Shown: piece after piece, positions 37,985 to 51,300 of the stretch
Layout of the letters: each line of letters begins with the position of its first letter
Numbering within the stretch: position 1 is the stretch's first letter
NCBI RefSeq assembly: GCF_006345805.1
Contig: NC_042999.1
Span: 88,846,001-88,910,000 of the forward strand
DNA length: 64,000 bases
Source of the DNA: Octopus sinensis
Taxonomy: Eukaryota
Direction: 5' to 3'
Made by a program: the position numbers and the translations under genes
Notes under the pieces: generated by a model
What the model was told of the DNA's origin: nothing
Seen by the model: only the letters and a program-made list of their open reading frames with translations
Databases searched by the model: none

Positions 37985-38465
37985 CATATTCATCACCATT
38001 ATCATCGTTTAACGTCTGCTTTCCATGCAAGCATGGGTTGGACGATTTGACTGAGGACTGGCAAACCAGATGGCTGCACAAGACTCTAATCTGATCTGGC
38101 AGAGTTTCTACAGCTGGATGCCCTTCCTAATGCCAACCACTCCGAGAGTGTTGTGGGTGCTTGTATGGGCCACTGGCATGAGGGTCAGTCAGGCAGTACT
38201 GGCAACGCCCATGCTCAAATGGTGGTTTTTACGTGCCACCTGCACAGGAGCCAGTCCAGCAGCATTGGCAACGACCTCACTCAAATGATTTTTGATGTGC
38301 CACCGGCACAAGTGCCAGTAAGGTGATGCTGGTAACGATCATGCTCGAATGGTGTTTTTTATGTGCCACTGGCACAGAAGCCAGTTAGCTGCTCTGGCAA
38401 CGACCATGCTTGGATGGTGCTCTTAGCACTCCACTAGCACAGATGTCAGTCATCGAATTCGATTT
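37985..38465 (-). mobile_element. RTE-type LINE 3' UTR copy (family B)
   Basis: cgtttaacgtctgctttccatgc...tttctacagctggatgcccttcctaatgccaaccactccgag. Confidence 0.85.
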
Positions 38466-39962
38466 CAATTTCAATTAAAAATAACTATATCAATAAATAG
38501 GATGCTGTCAGGATTGATGCTGTCAGCAAACAAATAGTCACTCATCTCTGGTAGAAGCAGGATGTCATTAGCAATTTTGACTTTGATTTTTGTTTGTTTT
38601 TTTAATACATCAGCTGTGCAGAGCTTGTTTATCTGTTAACTAACCATTGGCCATAGGACAACCACCATAACTGTTGCCGGAAGTTATGGTGCCCATCTTC
38701 AACTATGGAATATGATGACAAAAAAAAATTCAGTCCAGTCAACACTGGCTACTATCATTATTGGCACAACATCTCACACAAACTGCTGAACTAGTTTACT
38801 CGGCTTAAAATATCTTCTTTCCTGTCATTTGTTGTAAGGATACCTAATTGTGTTAACAATAAATAAATATTTTGTATTTGGAATTTCACACAGATATCTT
38901 GTTCATCTATCTCTTAACTCAACCAAAGTATATCTTCATTACATTGATGACAACCAAATCAAAATATTCTGCCATTAGAAATGTGCTGAATAAGAACTAA
39001 CCTAGGGTTAAACAACAGAACCAATTGTAAATCTACTAACATTGCTACTTTATGAATTCCATGAGCTTTAGCAATGCAGTAGGTAGCATTTTATACGATC
39101 ATACAATGGTCACTATACCATACTACCATTACAATACCATTAGTTCTATATTTGTTCTTGCTATCACACCCTCATTTTAAGTTGTATGGTAGTTCGGCTT
39201 TTAATTGAATTTTATTTTCTATATTCTGCATCTAGATTTACATGAACCATCCTTGACTGTATGTAATAACATTGTCAAGGATTATTCAAACAATCTCCAG
39301 TACAGCTGTGATTGTAAACAATGCTTCTAGTGTACAGCTACTTTCCTGAAACAGGAAAATTGGTTACTTGAGATTAAGTATTATATAGAACTGAATAAAT
39401 ACAAACAGCTGAGGACATGATTGAATGATGATTGTAGTGGTGGTGGTGGTTGTAGTGGCGGCGGTGGCAGTAGCAGCAGTGGGGAATGTGACCATTGTTG
39501 TAATCATTTTAACATAACTTTTTCCAGTGCTAGCATGGGTTTGATAATAAGTAGTATTGCAAACTACCTTTTAATTCTGTGTTGTTTTTCATTTGTCACA
39601 CATCCTGATGTCTAACCTCAACACTTCTTGCAGCCTATCAGCACATGACATGTACTTGACCAATAGATATTGTCTATTGCTATGTCATATTCATGTCACT
39701 AAGGTCACCTTTCTTGCACACATAATCTAATGACTTTCATGGCAAACAACTCTCTCAGTTCACTTCTGTTCTACCTTTTATACAACACCTTGCATTACAT
39801 ATATAACAAATAATTTCTCTCAACTCCTTTCATTCCAGTTTCAGCAGATTTTCTTGATTTAATGACCAAACCTCATTACCTTCTAGCATCACTTATGTTT
39901 TATAGGGTCTGCCATTTTTCAAGGACAGAAAATTTTTGCATCTTTCAATAAATTATCTATTA

Positions 39963-40168
39963 CAAGGAGGTGCTGAAAAGTTCCTGGCTTTAAGAGTATA
40001 AGGAAAGGCCTTGTTGGAGTCCCAACCTCCTGAGGTTTTTTACAGGGCTTAGAAGGACTGCTGCAATAAGTGCGAATCTGAGAGGGGAATATGTTGAATA
40101 AAATCATGATTTACTGATCCTCCTGTATTTTCTTTTACCTAAAATCAGGAGCTTTTCAGCACCCTTCA
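39963..40168 (+). mobile_element. Mariner-derived MITE with TA target duplication
   Basis: TA at 39961-39962 and 40169-40170; TIRs ggtgctgaaaagttcctgg / caggagcttttcagcacc; interior keeps the transposase end KCANLRGEYVE*. Confidence 0.8.
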
Positions 40169-41966
40169 TATACTCAATGATAAATCATGATTTGGGGATA
40201 ACATAGTGTACTGAATACCACAGAAATTTAGATTTATGATGTCTCATTAAAACATGAGATGTCTATTGTGATTCTCTTAACAAATGGGATATGGGAATGA
40301 AATACCTTTGAAATCTTTTTCTCCCAGTAGTACATCTGGAGCAAAAGGATTTAGTAAAGCTCATCTTTATCCAAGCTGTATCAGTGATACTATACCATAT
40401 GCTAAAAATACTCATACCATATGCTAAAAATGCATCTGTCACATTTACTATAGACCTACAGCTTATTCTTGTGAACCATACCATCACAAGACAGCTAGCA
40501 AATGTTCAATGAACTTGGACATCAAGAAGGAAGTCTCTTACTAGCACCAGTGATGAATATGAACTGCAGACCTTTCAGTCAGTAAACCACTACCAAATGG
40601 TTAAAATCAGAGAGCTTAAAACTTCATATCACATCATAAAGAACTGGTAAGTTGGTGGGCTCAGCCAAAGAATTCCTACATCAAGTAAATGCATTTAAAG
40701 TTAATTGAAAACAACCCAAAGAAAAATCAACTGAAGAAATAAAATTCTTTTATAACACTTTATTAAATTTCTAGATGTGAAGTCAATCTTCAGTGCCAAA
40801 TTGCCCTAGAGTAGAAAGTTCTTAAAATAGTTCTGCTCAAATGAAAAAGAATATTTCAAAAAAAAAAAAAAAAACTGCAAAATAAAGATTAAAAATATAT
40901 TATTGGTGTTATTATTGTTATTTTAGTATGACAGCTTATCTTCAGATTTCTTGTTGTTTTATTTCTTTTTCTTTCTTTCTTCAGCAAGAAAATTAAACTA
41001 ATAGTGTTTCAAAAAGATATTTTTTCATTTATAAGAACACCAGGAAAATTTAATGAACTATTATGTATTATTTAGGAAATGAAAAATATTCAGCAACAAA
41101 AATTGGTGAAAAATAAAAGGCTGTTCCATTTTATTTAAGAACTATATTCTAAAAAGTTAGCTGTAGCTCTCTAATAAATATAATAGGTCTGCAGAGAAGC
41201 ACAGAATTTTAATTTTTCTATTTATTTATGTAAATAGTTATTTATTTTGTATCTTTAATATATCTTGAGAAGTGATTTGTTAGGGAAGGTTGTGTTGGAC
41301 AGGAAATAAATTAAGAAATATATAATGGGATATTAGTTTCAGTTACAATGAAGAAAGGTCAAAGTAGATGGAAAAGAAACTGGAAAGGAAAAAAAACTAT
41401 TTCATACAAGCTAAATGGGAAAAAATATATCCACATATATAAATACATAGACCTTTCTCTAAAGATACTGTAAGCATGCTGGTTGTTACAATAAGTCTTC
41501 AACATATCTTGATTTATATTACTATTGAAAATATGATATCACATTGATTTGGAATCTAAATTATTTTTCCCTAAATATAATAAAGCTACTTTGTTATGGC
41601 GTAGATATTTTTCTTTGCTTTCTGTCAGTGGTAATAAGGGGGAAAAATATGATTACCATACTCAAAGTTTTGACATTTGTCTACATTAATAGCAACTTTT
41701 TGCTTGAAAACTGGTGAAGTTTTACATAAAAAACAATTTTTAGATTTTATGCTAATATTTTTAGGATCCATCAGTTCTAAATGAGTGTTTACAAAACCTT
41801 CAATAAATAAAAAAAAAACAACACATTCAATAAATTTTAAAGAATTTTTTCTTTTGTCAAAATAACTAGCATTATTCATAGAAGAAAATTATTAGCTTTC
41901 TCAGAAATCGACCAGAAAGTTATTCTGTAATACACTTTGAGTAAAGCATTAATTCAACACTAAATT

Positions 41967-42021
<55 letters not shown>

Positions 42022-42375
42022 CTGCATTTATTTTTTAATTTGTTATTATTTTTTCTTACTTTTTCCTATTTATATTTATTTTTGTTATTTTTGCAAAACT
42101 TTATCTTTCTTGATATCAGCAACTTTCATATCAGCTTATTTAAAACTCTCACTCATTCAAATTCCTTAGACTAGTGTCTGGAGTAATCTATCACACCATA
42201 CTAAAGTTGCCATTAACATGTTTAAAACAGAATGATCAGGATGTAAGAATATCTATATATGTAACCAAAACAACTTGAAACATTTTTTTTATCAATGCAA
42301 AATGTTAAAGCTTTAAAATTAAAAATGTTGCTGTTATTTTAAACATTATAAAACAGCATCTCTGCTAAAAATTCT

Positions 42376-45300
42376 CAGCTGTCACTCTCTACAGCTGTCA
42401 CTCCCTACAGGTGTCACTCCCTACAGGTGTCACTCCATACAGCTCTCATTTCCTACAGCTCTCATTCCCTATAGCTCTCATTCCCTATAGCTCTCATTCT
42501 CTATAGTTCTCATTCCCTACAGCTCTCATTCCCTATAGCTCTCATTCCTTATAGCTCTCATTCCCTATAGCTCTCATTCCCTACAGCTCTCATTCCCTAC
42601 AGCTCTCATTCCCTATAGCTCTCATTCCCTATAGCTCTCATTCCCTATAGCTCTCATTCCCTACAGCTCTCATTTCCTACAGCTCTCATTCCCTATAGCT
42701 CTCATTCCCTACAGCTCTCATTCCCTACAGCTCTCATTCCCTACAGCTCTCATTCCCTACAGCTATCATTCCCTATAGCTCTCATTCCCTACAGCTCTCA
42801 TTTCCAACAGCTCTCATTCCCTATAGCTCTCATTCCCTACAGCTCACATTTCCAACAGCTCTCATTCCCTATAGCTATCATTCCCTACAGCTCTAATTTC
42901 CTACAGCTCTCATTCCCTATAGCTCTCATTCCCTACAGCTCTCATTTCCAACAGCTCTCATTCCCTATAGCTATCATTCCCTACAGCTCTCATTTCCTAC
43001 AGCTCTCATTCCCTATAGCTCTCATTCCCTATAGCTCTCATTCCCTACAGCTCTCATTTCCTACAGCTCTCATTTCCTACAGCTCTCATTCCCTACAGCT
43101 CTCATTTCCAACAGCTCTCATTCCCTATAGGTCTCATTCCCTACAGCTCTCATTTCCTATAGCTCTCATTCCCTATAGCTCTCATTCTCTATAGCTCTCA
43201 TTCCCTATAGCTCTCATTCCCTACAGCTCTCATTTCCTACAGCTCTAATTCCCTATAGCTCTCATTCCCGACAGTTCTCATTTCCAACAGCTCTCATTCC
43301 CTATAGCTATCATTCCCTACAGCTCTCATTCCCTACAGCTCTCATTTCCAACAGCTCTCATTCCCAATAGCTCTCATTCCCTACAGCTCTCATTTCCTAC
43401 AGCTCTCATTCCCTATAGCTCTCATTCTCTATAGCTCTCATTCCCTATAGCTCTCATTCCCTACAGCTCTCATTTCATATAGCTCTCATTCCCTATAGCT
43501 CTCATTCCCTACAGCTCTCATTTCATATAGCTCTCATTCCCTATAGCTATCATTCCCTACAGCTCTCATTTCCTACAGCTCTCATTCCCTATAGCTCTCA
43601 TTCCCTATAGCTCTCATTCCCTATAGCTATCATTCCCTATAGCTCTCATTTCCTACAGCGCTCATACCATATAGCTCTCATTCCCTACAGCTCTCATTTC
43701 CAACAGCTCTCATTCCCTATAGCTATCATTCCCTACAGCTCTCATTTCCTACAGCTCTCATTCCCTATAGCTCTCATTCCCTACAGCTCTCATTTCCAAC
43801 AGCTCTCATTCCCTATAGCTATCATTCCCTACAGCTCTCATTTCCTACAGCTCTCATTCCCTATAGCTCTCATTCATTCCCCTACAGCTCTCATTTCCAC
43901 AGCTCTCATTCCCTATAGCTATCATTCCCTACAGCTCTCATTTCCTACAGCTCTCATTCCCTATAGCTCTCATTCCCTATAGCTCAGCTCTCATTCCTAC
44001 AGCTCTCATTTCCTACACTCTCATTCCCTATAGCTCTCATTCCCTACAGCTCTCATTTCCTACAGCTCTCATTCCTACAGCTCTCATTCCCTATAGCTCT
44101 CATTCCTACAGCTCTCATTTCCTATAGCTATCATTCCTACAGCTCTCATTCCCTACAGCTCTCATTCCCTACAGCTCTCATTTCCAACAGCTCTCATTCC
44201 CTATACTATCTCATTCCCTACAGCTCTCATTTCTACAGCTCTCATTCCCTAAGCTCTCATTCTCTATAGCTCATCATCCCTATAGCTCTCATTCCCTACA
44301 GCTCTCATTTCCTACAGCTCTCATTCCCTATAGCTCTCATTCCTATAGCTCTCATTCCCTACAGCTCTCATTTCCTACAGCTCTCATTCCTACAGCTCTC
44401 ATTCCCTACGCTCTCATTTCCAACAGCTCTCATTCCCTATAGCTCTCATTCCCTACAGCTCTCATTTCCTACAGCTCTCATTCCTATAGCTCTCATCTCT
44501 ATAGCTCTCATTCCTATAGCTCTCATTCCCTACAGCTCTCATTTCTACAGCTCTCATTCCCTATAGCTCTCATTCCCGACAGTTCTCATTTCCAACAGCT
44601 CTCATTCCCTATAGCTATCATTCCCTACAGCTCTCATTCCCTACAGCTCTCATTTCCAACAGCTCTCATTCCCAATAGCTCTCATTCCCTACAGCTCTCA
44701 TTTCCTACAGCTCTCATTCCCTATAGCTCTCATTCTCTATAGCTCTCATTCCCTATAGCTCTCATTCCCTACAGCTCTCATTTCATATAGCTCTCATTCC
44801 CTATAGCTCTCATTCCCTACAGCTCTCATTTCATATAGCTCTCATTCCCTATAGCTATCATTCCCTACAGCTCTCATTCCCTATAGCTCTCATTCCCTAC
44901 AGCTCTCATTTCATATAGCTCTCATTCCCTATAGCTCTCATTCCCTACAGCTCTCATTTCATATAGTCTCATTCCCTATAGCATATCATTCCCTACAGCT
45001 CTCATTTCCTACAGCTCTCATTCCTATAGCTCTCATTCCTATAGCTCTCATTCCTAAGCTAGCTAGTCATTCCCTATAGCTATCATTCCTACAGCTCTCA
45101 TACCTATAGCTCTCATTCCCTTCAGCTCTCATTTCCACACATCTCTCATTCCCTTTAGCTATCATTCCCTACAGCTCTCATTTCCTACAGCGCTCATTCC
45201 CTATAGCTCTCATTCCCTACACACAGCTCCATTTCCAACAGCTCTCATTCCCTATAGCTAATCATTCCCTACAGCTCTCATTTCCTACAGCTCTCATTCT

Positions 45301-48300
45301 CTATAGCTCTCATTCCTGATAGCTCACATTCCCTACAGCTCTCATTTCCTACAGCTCTCATTCCTATAGCTTCTCATTCCCTACAGCTCATTTCCTACAG
45401 CTCTCATTTCCTACGGCCTCATTCCCTATAGCTCTTCATTCCAACAGCTTCTCATTCCTATAGCTTATCATTCCCTACAGCTCCATTCCCTACAGCTCTC
45501 AATCCCTACAGCCTCATTTCCAACAGCTCTCATTCCCTATAGCTCTCATTCCCTACACAGCTCTCTCATTTCCTACAGCTCTCATTCCCTATAGCTCTCA
45601 TTCTCTATAGCTCTCTCATTCCCTATATGCTTCTCATTCCCTACAGCTCTCATTTCCTACCAGCTCTCACTTCACCATTACTTCCATATAGCTCTCATTC
45701 CCTACAGCTCTCATTTCCTACAGCTCTCATTCCCTACAGCTCTCATTTCTCCAACAGCTCTCATTCCCTCTAGCTATCTCCCTACAGCACTCATTCCCTA
45801 CAACTCTATTCCCTACAGCTCTCATTCTCTACAGATCTCATTCCCTATAGCTATCATTCCTACAGCTCTCATTTCCTACAGCTCTCATTCCCTATAGCTC
45901 TCACTCTATAGCTCTCATTCCCTATAGCACTCATTCCTACAGCTATCATGTTCCTACAGCTCTCATTCCCTATAGCTATCATTCCCTACAGCTCTCATTT
46001 CCTACAGTCTCATTCCCTATAGCTCTCATTCCCTACAGCTCTCATTTCCAACAGCTTTTCTCATTCCCTATTAGCTATAGCTATAATTCCCTACAGCTAG
46101 CATTTCCTACAGCTCTCATTCCCTATAGCTCTCATTCCCTATAGCTCTCATTCCCTACAGCTCTCAATCCTACAGCTCTCATTCCCTATAGCTTCCTCAT
46201 TCCCTACAGCTCTCATTTCCTACAGCTCTCATTCCCTATAGCTCTCACTCCCTACAGTTCTCATTTCCAACAGCTCTCATTCCCTACAGCTCTCATTCCC
46301 TACAGCTCTCATTCCCTACAGCTCTTATTTCCAACAGCTCTCATTCCCAATAGCTCTCATTCCCTACAGCTCTCATTTCCTACAGCTCTCATTCCCTATA
46401 GCTCTCATTCTCTATAGCTCTCATTCCCTATAGCTCTCATTCCCTACAGCTCTCATTTCATATAGCTCTCATTCCCTATAGCTCTCATTCCCTACAGCTC
46501 TCATTTCATATATCTCTCATTCCCTATAGCTATCATTCCCTACAGCTCTCATTTCCTACAGCTCTCATTCCCTATAACTCTCATTCCCTTCAGCTCTCAT
46601 ACCCTATAGCTATCATTCCCTATAGCTCTCATTTCGTACAGCTCTCATATCCTATAGCTCTCATTCCCTACAGCTCTCATTTCCAACAGCTCTCATTCCC
46701 TATAGCTATCATTCCCTACAGCTCTCATTTCCTACAGCTCTCATTCCCTATAGCTCTCATTCCCTATAGCTCTCATTCCCTACAGCTCTCATTTCCTACA
46801 GCTCTCATTCCCTATAGCTCTGATTCCCTACAGCTCTCATTTCCTACAGCTCTCATTTCCTACAGCTCTCATTCCCTATAGCTCTCATTTCCAACAGCTC
46901 TCATTCCCTATAGCTATCATTCCCTACAGCTCTCATTTCCTACAGCTCTCATTCCCTATAGCTCTCATTCTCTATAGCTCTCATTCCCTATAGCTCTCAT
47001 TCCCTACAGCTCTCATTCCCTACAGCTCTCATGCCCTATAGCTCTCATTCCCTACAGTTCTCATTTCCAACAGCTCTCATTCCCTATAGCTATCATTCCC
47101 TACAGCTCTCATTCCCTACAGCTCTCATTTCCAACAGCTCTCTTTCCCTACAGCTCTCATTCCCTACAGCTCTCATTTCCTACAGCTCTCATTCCCTATA
47201 GCTCTCATTCTCTATAGCTCTCATTCCCTATAGCTCTCATTCCCTACAGCTCTCATTTCATATAGCTCATTCCTATAGCTCTCTCCTAGCTCTTCCCTAC
47301 AGCTCTCATCCCAACAGCTCTCATTCCCTATAGCTATCATTCCCTACAGCTCTCATTTCCTACAGCTCTCATTCCCTATAGCTCTCATTCCCTATAGCTC
47401 TCATTCCCTATAGCTATCATTCCCTATAGCTCTCATTTCCTACAGCTCTCATTCCCTATAGCTCTCATTCCCTACAGCTCTCATTTCCAACAGCTCTCAT
47501 TCCCTATAGCTATCATTCCCTACAGTTCTCATTTCCTACAGCTCTCATTCCTTATAGCTCTCATTCTCTATAGCTCTCATTCCCTACAGCTCTTATTTCC
47601 TACAGCTCTCATTCCCTATAGCTCTCATTCCCTATAGCTCTCATTTCCTACAGCTCTCATTTCCTACAGCTCTCATTCCCTACAGCTCTCATTTCCAACA
47701 GCTCTCATTCCCTATAGCCATCATTCCCTACAGCTCTCATTTCCTACAGCTCTCATTCCCTACAGCTCTCATTTCCAACAGCTCTCATTCCCTATAGCTC
47801 TCATTCCCTACAGCTCTCATTTCCTACAGCTCTCATTCCCTATAGCTCTCATTTTCTATAGCTCTCATTCCCTATAGCTCTCATTCCCTACAGCTCTCAT
47901 TTCCTACAGCTCTCATTCCCTATAGCTCTCATTCCCTACAGTTCTCATTTCCAACAGCTCTCATTCCCTATAGCTATCATTCCCTACAGCTCTCATTCCC
48001 TACAGCTCTCATTTCCAACAGCTCTCATTCCCTATAGCTCTCATTCCCTACAGCTCTCATTTCCTACAGCTCTCATTCCCTATAGCTCTCATTCTCTATA
48101 GCTCTCATTCCCTATAGCTCTCATTCCCTACAGCTCTCATTTCCTACAGCTCTCATTCCCTATAGCTCTCATTCCCTACAGTTCTCATTTCCAACAGCTC
48201 TCATTCCCTATAGCTATCATTCCCTACAGCTCTCATTCCCTACAGCTCTCATTTCCAACAGCTCTCATTCCCTATAGCTCTCATTCCCTACAGCTCTCAT

Positions 48301-51300
48301 TTCCTACAGCTCTCATTCCCTATAGCTCTCATTCTCTATAGCTCTCATTCCCTATAGCTCTCATTCCCTACAGCTCTCATTTCCTATAGCTCTTATTCCC
48401 TATAGCTATCATTCCCTACAGCTCTCATTTCCTACAGCTCTCATTCCCTATAGCTCTCATTCCCTATAGCTCTCATTCCCTATAGCTATCATTCCCTATA
48501 GCTCTCATTTCCTACAGCTCTCATTCCCTATAGCTCTCATTCCCTCCAGCTCTCATTTCCAACAGCTCTCATTCCCTATAGCTATCATTCCCTACAGCTC
48601 TCATTTCCTACAGCTCTCATTCCCTATAGCTCTCATTCCCTACAACTCTCATTTCCAACAGCTCTCATTCCCTATAGCTCTCATTTCCTACAGCTCTCAT
48701 TCCCTATAGCTCTCATTCCCTATAGCTATCATTCCCTACAGCTCTCATTTCCTACAGCTCTCATTCCCTATAGCTCTCATTCCCTACAGCTCTCATTTCC
48801 TACAGCTCTCATTCCCTATAGCTCTCATTCCCTACAGCTCTCATTTCCTACAGCTCTCATTCCCTATAGTCTCATTCTATATAGCTCTCATTCCCTATAG
48901 CTCTCATTCCCTACAGCTCTCATCATTTCCTACAGCTCTCATTCCATATAGCTTCATTCCCTCAGTTCTCATTTCAAAAGCTCTCATTCCTATAGCTATC
49001 ATTCCCTACAGCTCTCATTCCCTACAGCTCTCATTTCCTACAGCTCTCATCATTCCCTATAGCCTCATTCCTACAGTTCTCATTTCCAACAGCTCTCATT
49101 CCCTATAGCTATCATTCCCTACAGCTCTCATTTCCCTCCAGCTCTCATTTCCAACAGCTCTCATTCCTATAGCTCTCATTCCCTACAGCTTCATTTCCTA
49201 CAGCTCTCATTCCCTATAGCTCTCATTCTATAGCTCTCATTCACTATAGCTCTCATTCCCTACAGCTTTCTTTCCTATAGCTCTCATTCCCTAAGCTATC
49301 ATTCCCTACAGCTCTCATTACCCCTATAGCTCTCATGCCCTATAGCTCTCATTCCCTATAGCTATCATTCCCTATAGCCTCTCATTCCTAAGCTATCATT
49401 CCCTATAGCTCTCATTCCCTGCAGCTCTCATTCCAACAGCTCTCATTCCCTATAGCTATTAATTATTCAGTAGTTCTCATTTATACAGCTCTCATTCCCT
49501 ATAGCTCTCATTCCTATAGCTCTCATTCCCTACAGCTCTCATTCCTAAAGCTCTCTTCCCTATAGCTCTCATTCCTACAGCTCTCATTTCCTACTGCTCT
49601 CATTTCCTACAGCTCTCATTCCCTACAGCTCTCATTTCCAACAGCTCTCATTCCCTACAGCTCTCATTTCCTACAGCTCTCATTCCGTATAGCTATCATT
49701 CCCTACAGTTCTCATTTCCTACAGCTCTCATTCCCTAGAGCTCTCATTCCCTACAGCTCTCATTTCCAACAGCTCTCATTCCCTATAGCCATCATTCCCT
49801 ACAACTCTCATTTCCTACAGCTCTCATTCCCTACAGCTCTCATTTCCAACAGCTCTCATTCCCTATAGCTCTCATTCCCTACAGCTCTCATTTCCTACAG
49901 CTCTCATTCCCTATAGCTCTCATTCTCTATAGCTCTCATTCCCTATAGCTATCATTCCCTACAGACTCTCATTCCACCAGCTCTCATTCCCTATAGCTCT
50001 CATTATTAATAGTTCTATCCCCCATTTCCAACAGCTCTCATTCCTATAGCTATCATTCCCTACAGCTCTCATTCCCTACAGCTCTCATTTCAACAGCTCT
50101 CATTCCTCTATAGCTCATTCATTCACCTTACAGTTATCATTTCCAACAGCTCTCATTCCCTATAGCTATCATTCCCTACAGTTCTCATTTCCTTACAGCT
50201 CTCATTCCCTATAGATCTCATTCCCTATAGCTCTCATTCCCTACAGCTCTCATTTCCTACAGCTCTATTCCCCTATAGCTCTCTTCCCTACAGCTCTCAT
50301 TTCCTACAGCTCTCATTTCCTACAGCTCTCATTCCCTACAGCTCTCATTTCCAACAGCATCTATTCCCTACAGCTCTCATTTCCTACAGCTCTCATTCCC
50401 TATAGCTATCATACCCTACAGTTCTCATTTCCCTACACCTTCATTCCCTAGAGCTCTCATTCCCTACAGCTCTCATTTCAACAGCTCTCATTCCCTATAG
50501 CATCATTCCCTACAAGCTCTCATTCCTACAGCTCTCATTCCCTACAGCTCTCATTTCCAACAGCTCTCATCCCCTATAGCTCTCATTCCCTACAGCTCTC
50601 ATTCCTACAGCTCTCATTCCCTATAGCTCTCATTCTCTATAGCTCTCATTCCTATAGCTATCATTCCCTACAGCTCATCTCATTTCTACAGCTCTCATTC
50701 CCTATAGCTCTCATTCCCTACAGTTCTCATTCCAAAAGCAGCTCTCATTCCCTACAGCTATCATTCCCTACAGCTCTCTCCATACAGTCTCATTTCCTAT
50801 CTCCTTTTTCTCTATCCTCTCCTCTCTTCTCTCCCCTTAGCTATATTCCCTATAGCTCTCATTCTCTACAGCTCTCATTTCCCTATTAGATCTATTCCCT
50901 ACAGCTCTCATTTCCTATAGCTCTCATTCCCTATAGCTATCATTCATAAAGCTCTCATTTCCTACAGCTCTCATTCCCTATAGCTCATTTCCTACAGCTC
51001 TCATTCCCTATAGCTCTCATCCCTACAGCTTCATTTCCAACAGCTCTCATTCCCTATAGCTATATTCATTCCCTACAGCTCTCATTCCCTATAGCTCTCA
51101 TTTCCTACATTCTCATTCCCTATAGCTCTCATTCCCTACAGCTCTACATTTCCTACAGCTCTCATTCCCTACAGCTCTCATTTCCAACAGCTCTCATTCC
51201 CTATAGCCATCATTCCCTACAGCTCTCATTTCCTACAGCTCTCATTCCCTACAGCTCTCATTCCCTATAGCTATCATTCCCTACAGCTCTCATTTCCTAC

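Noticed and set aside
38663-38691. Perfect 10-bp hairpin caccataact/agttatggtg
   Set aside because: Isolated and short; plausible by chance in 64 kb.
40490-40652. CTG|GTAAGT donor with a possible upstream exon
   Set aside because: All three frames of the candidate exon contain stops.
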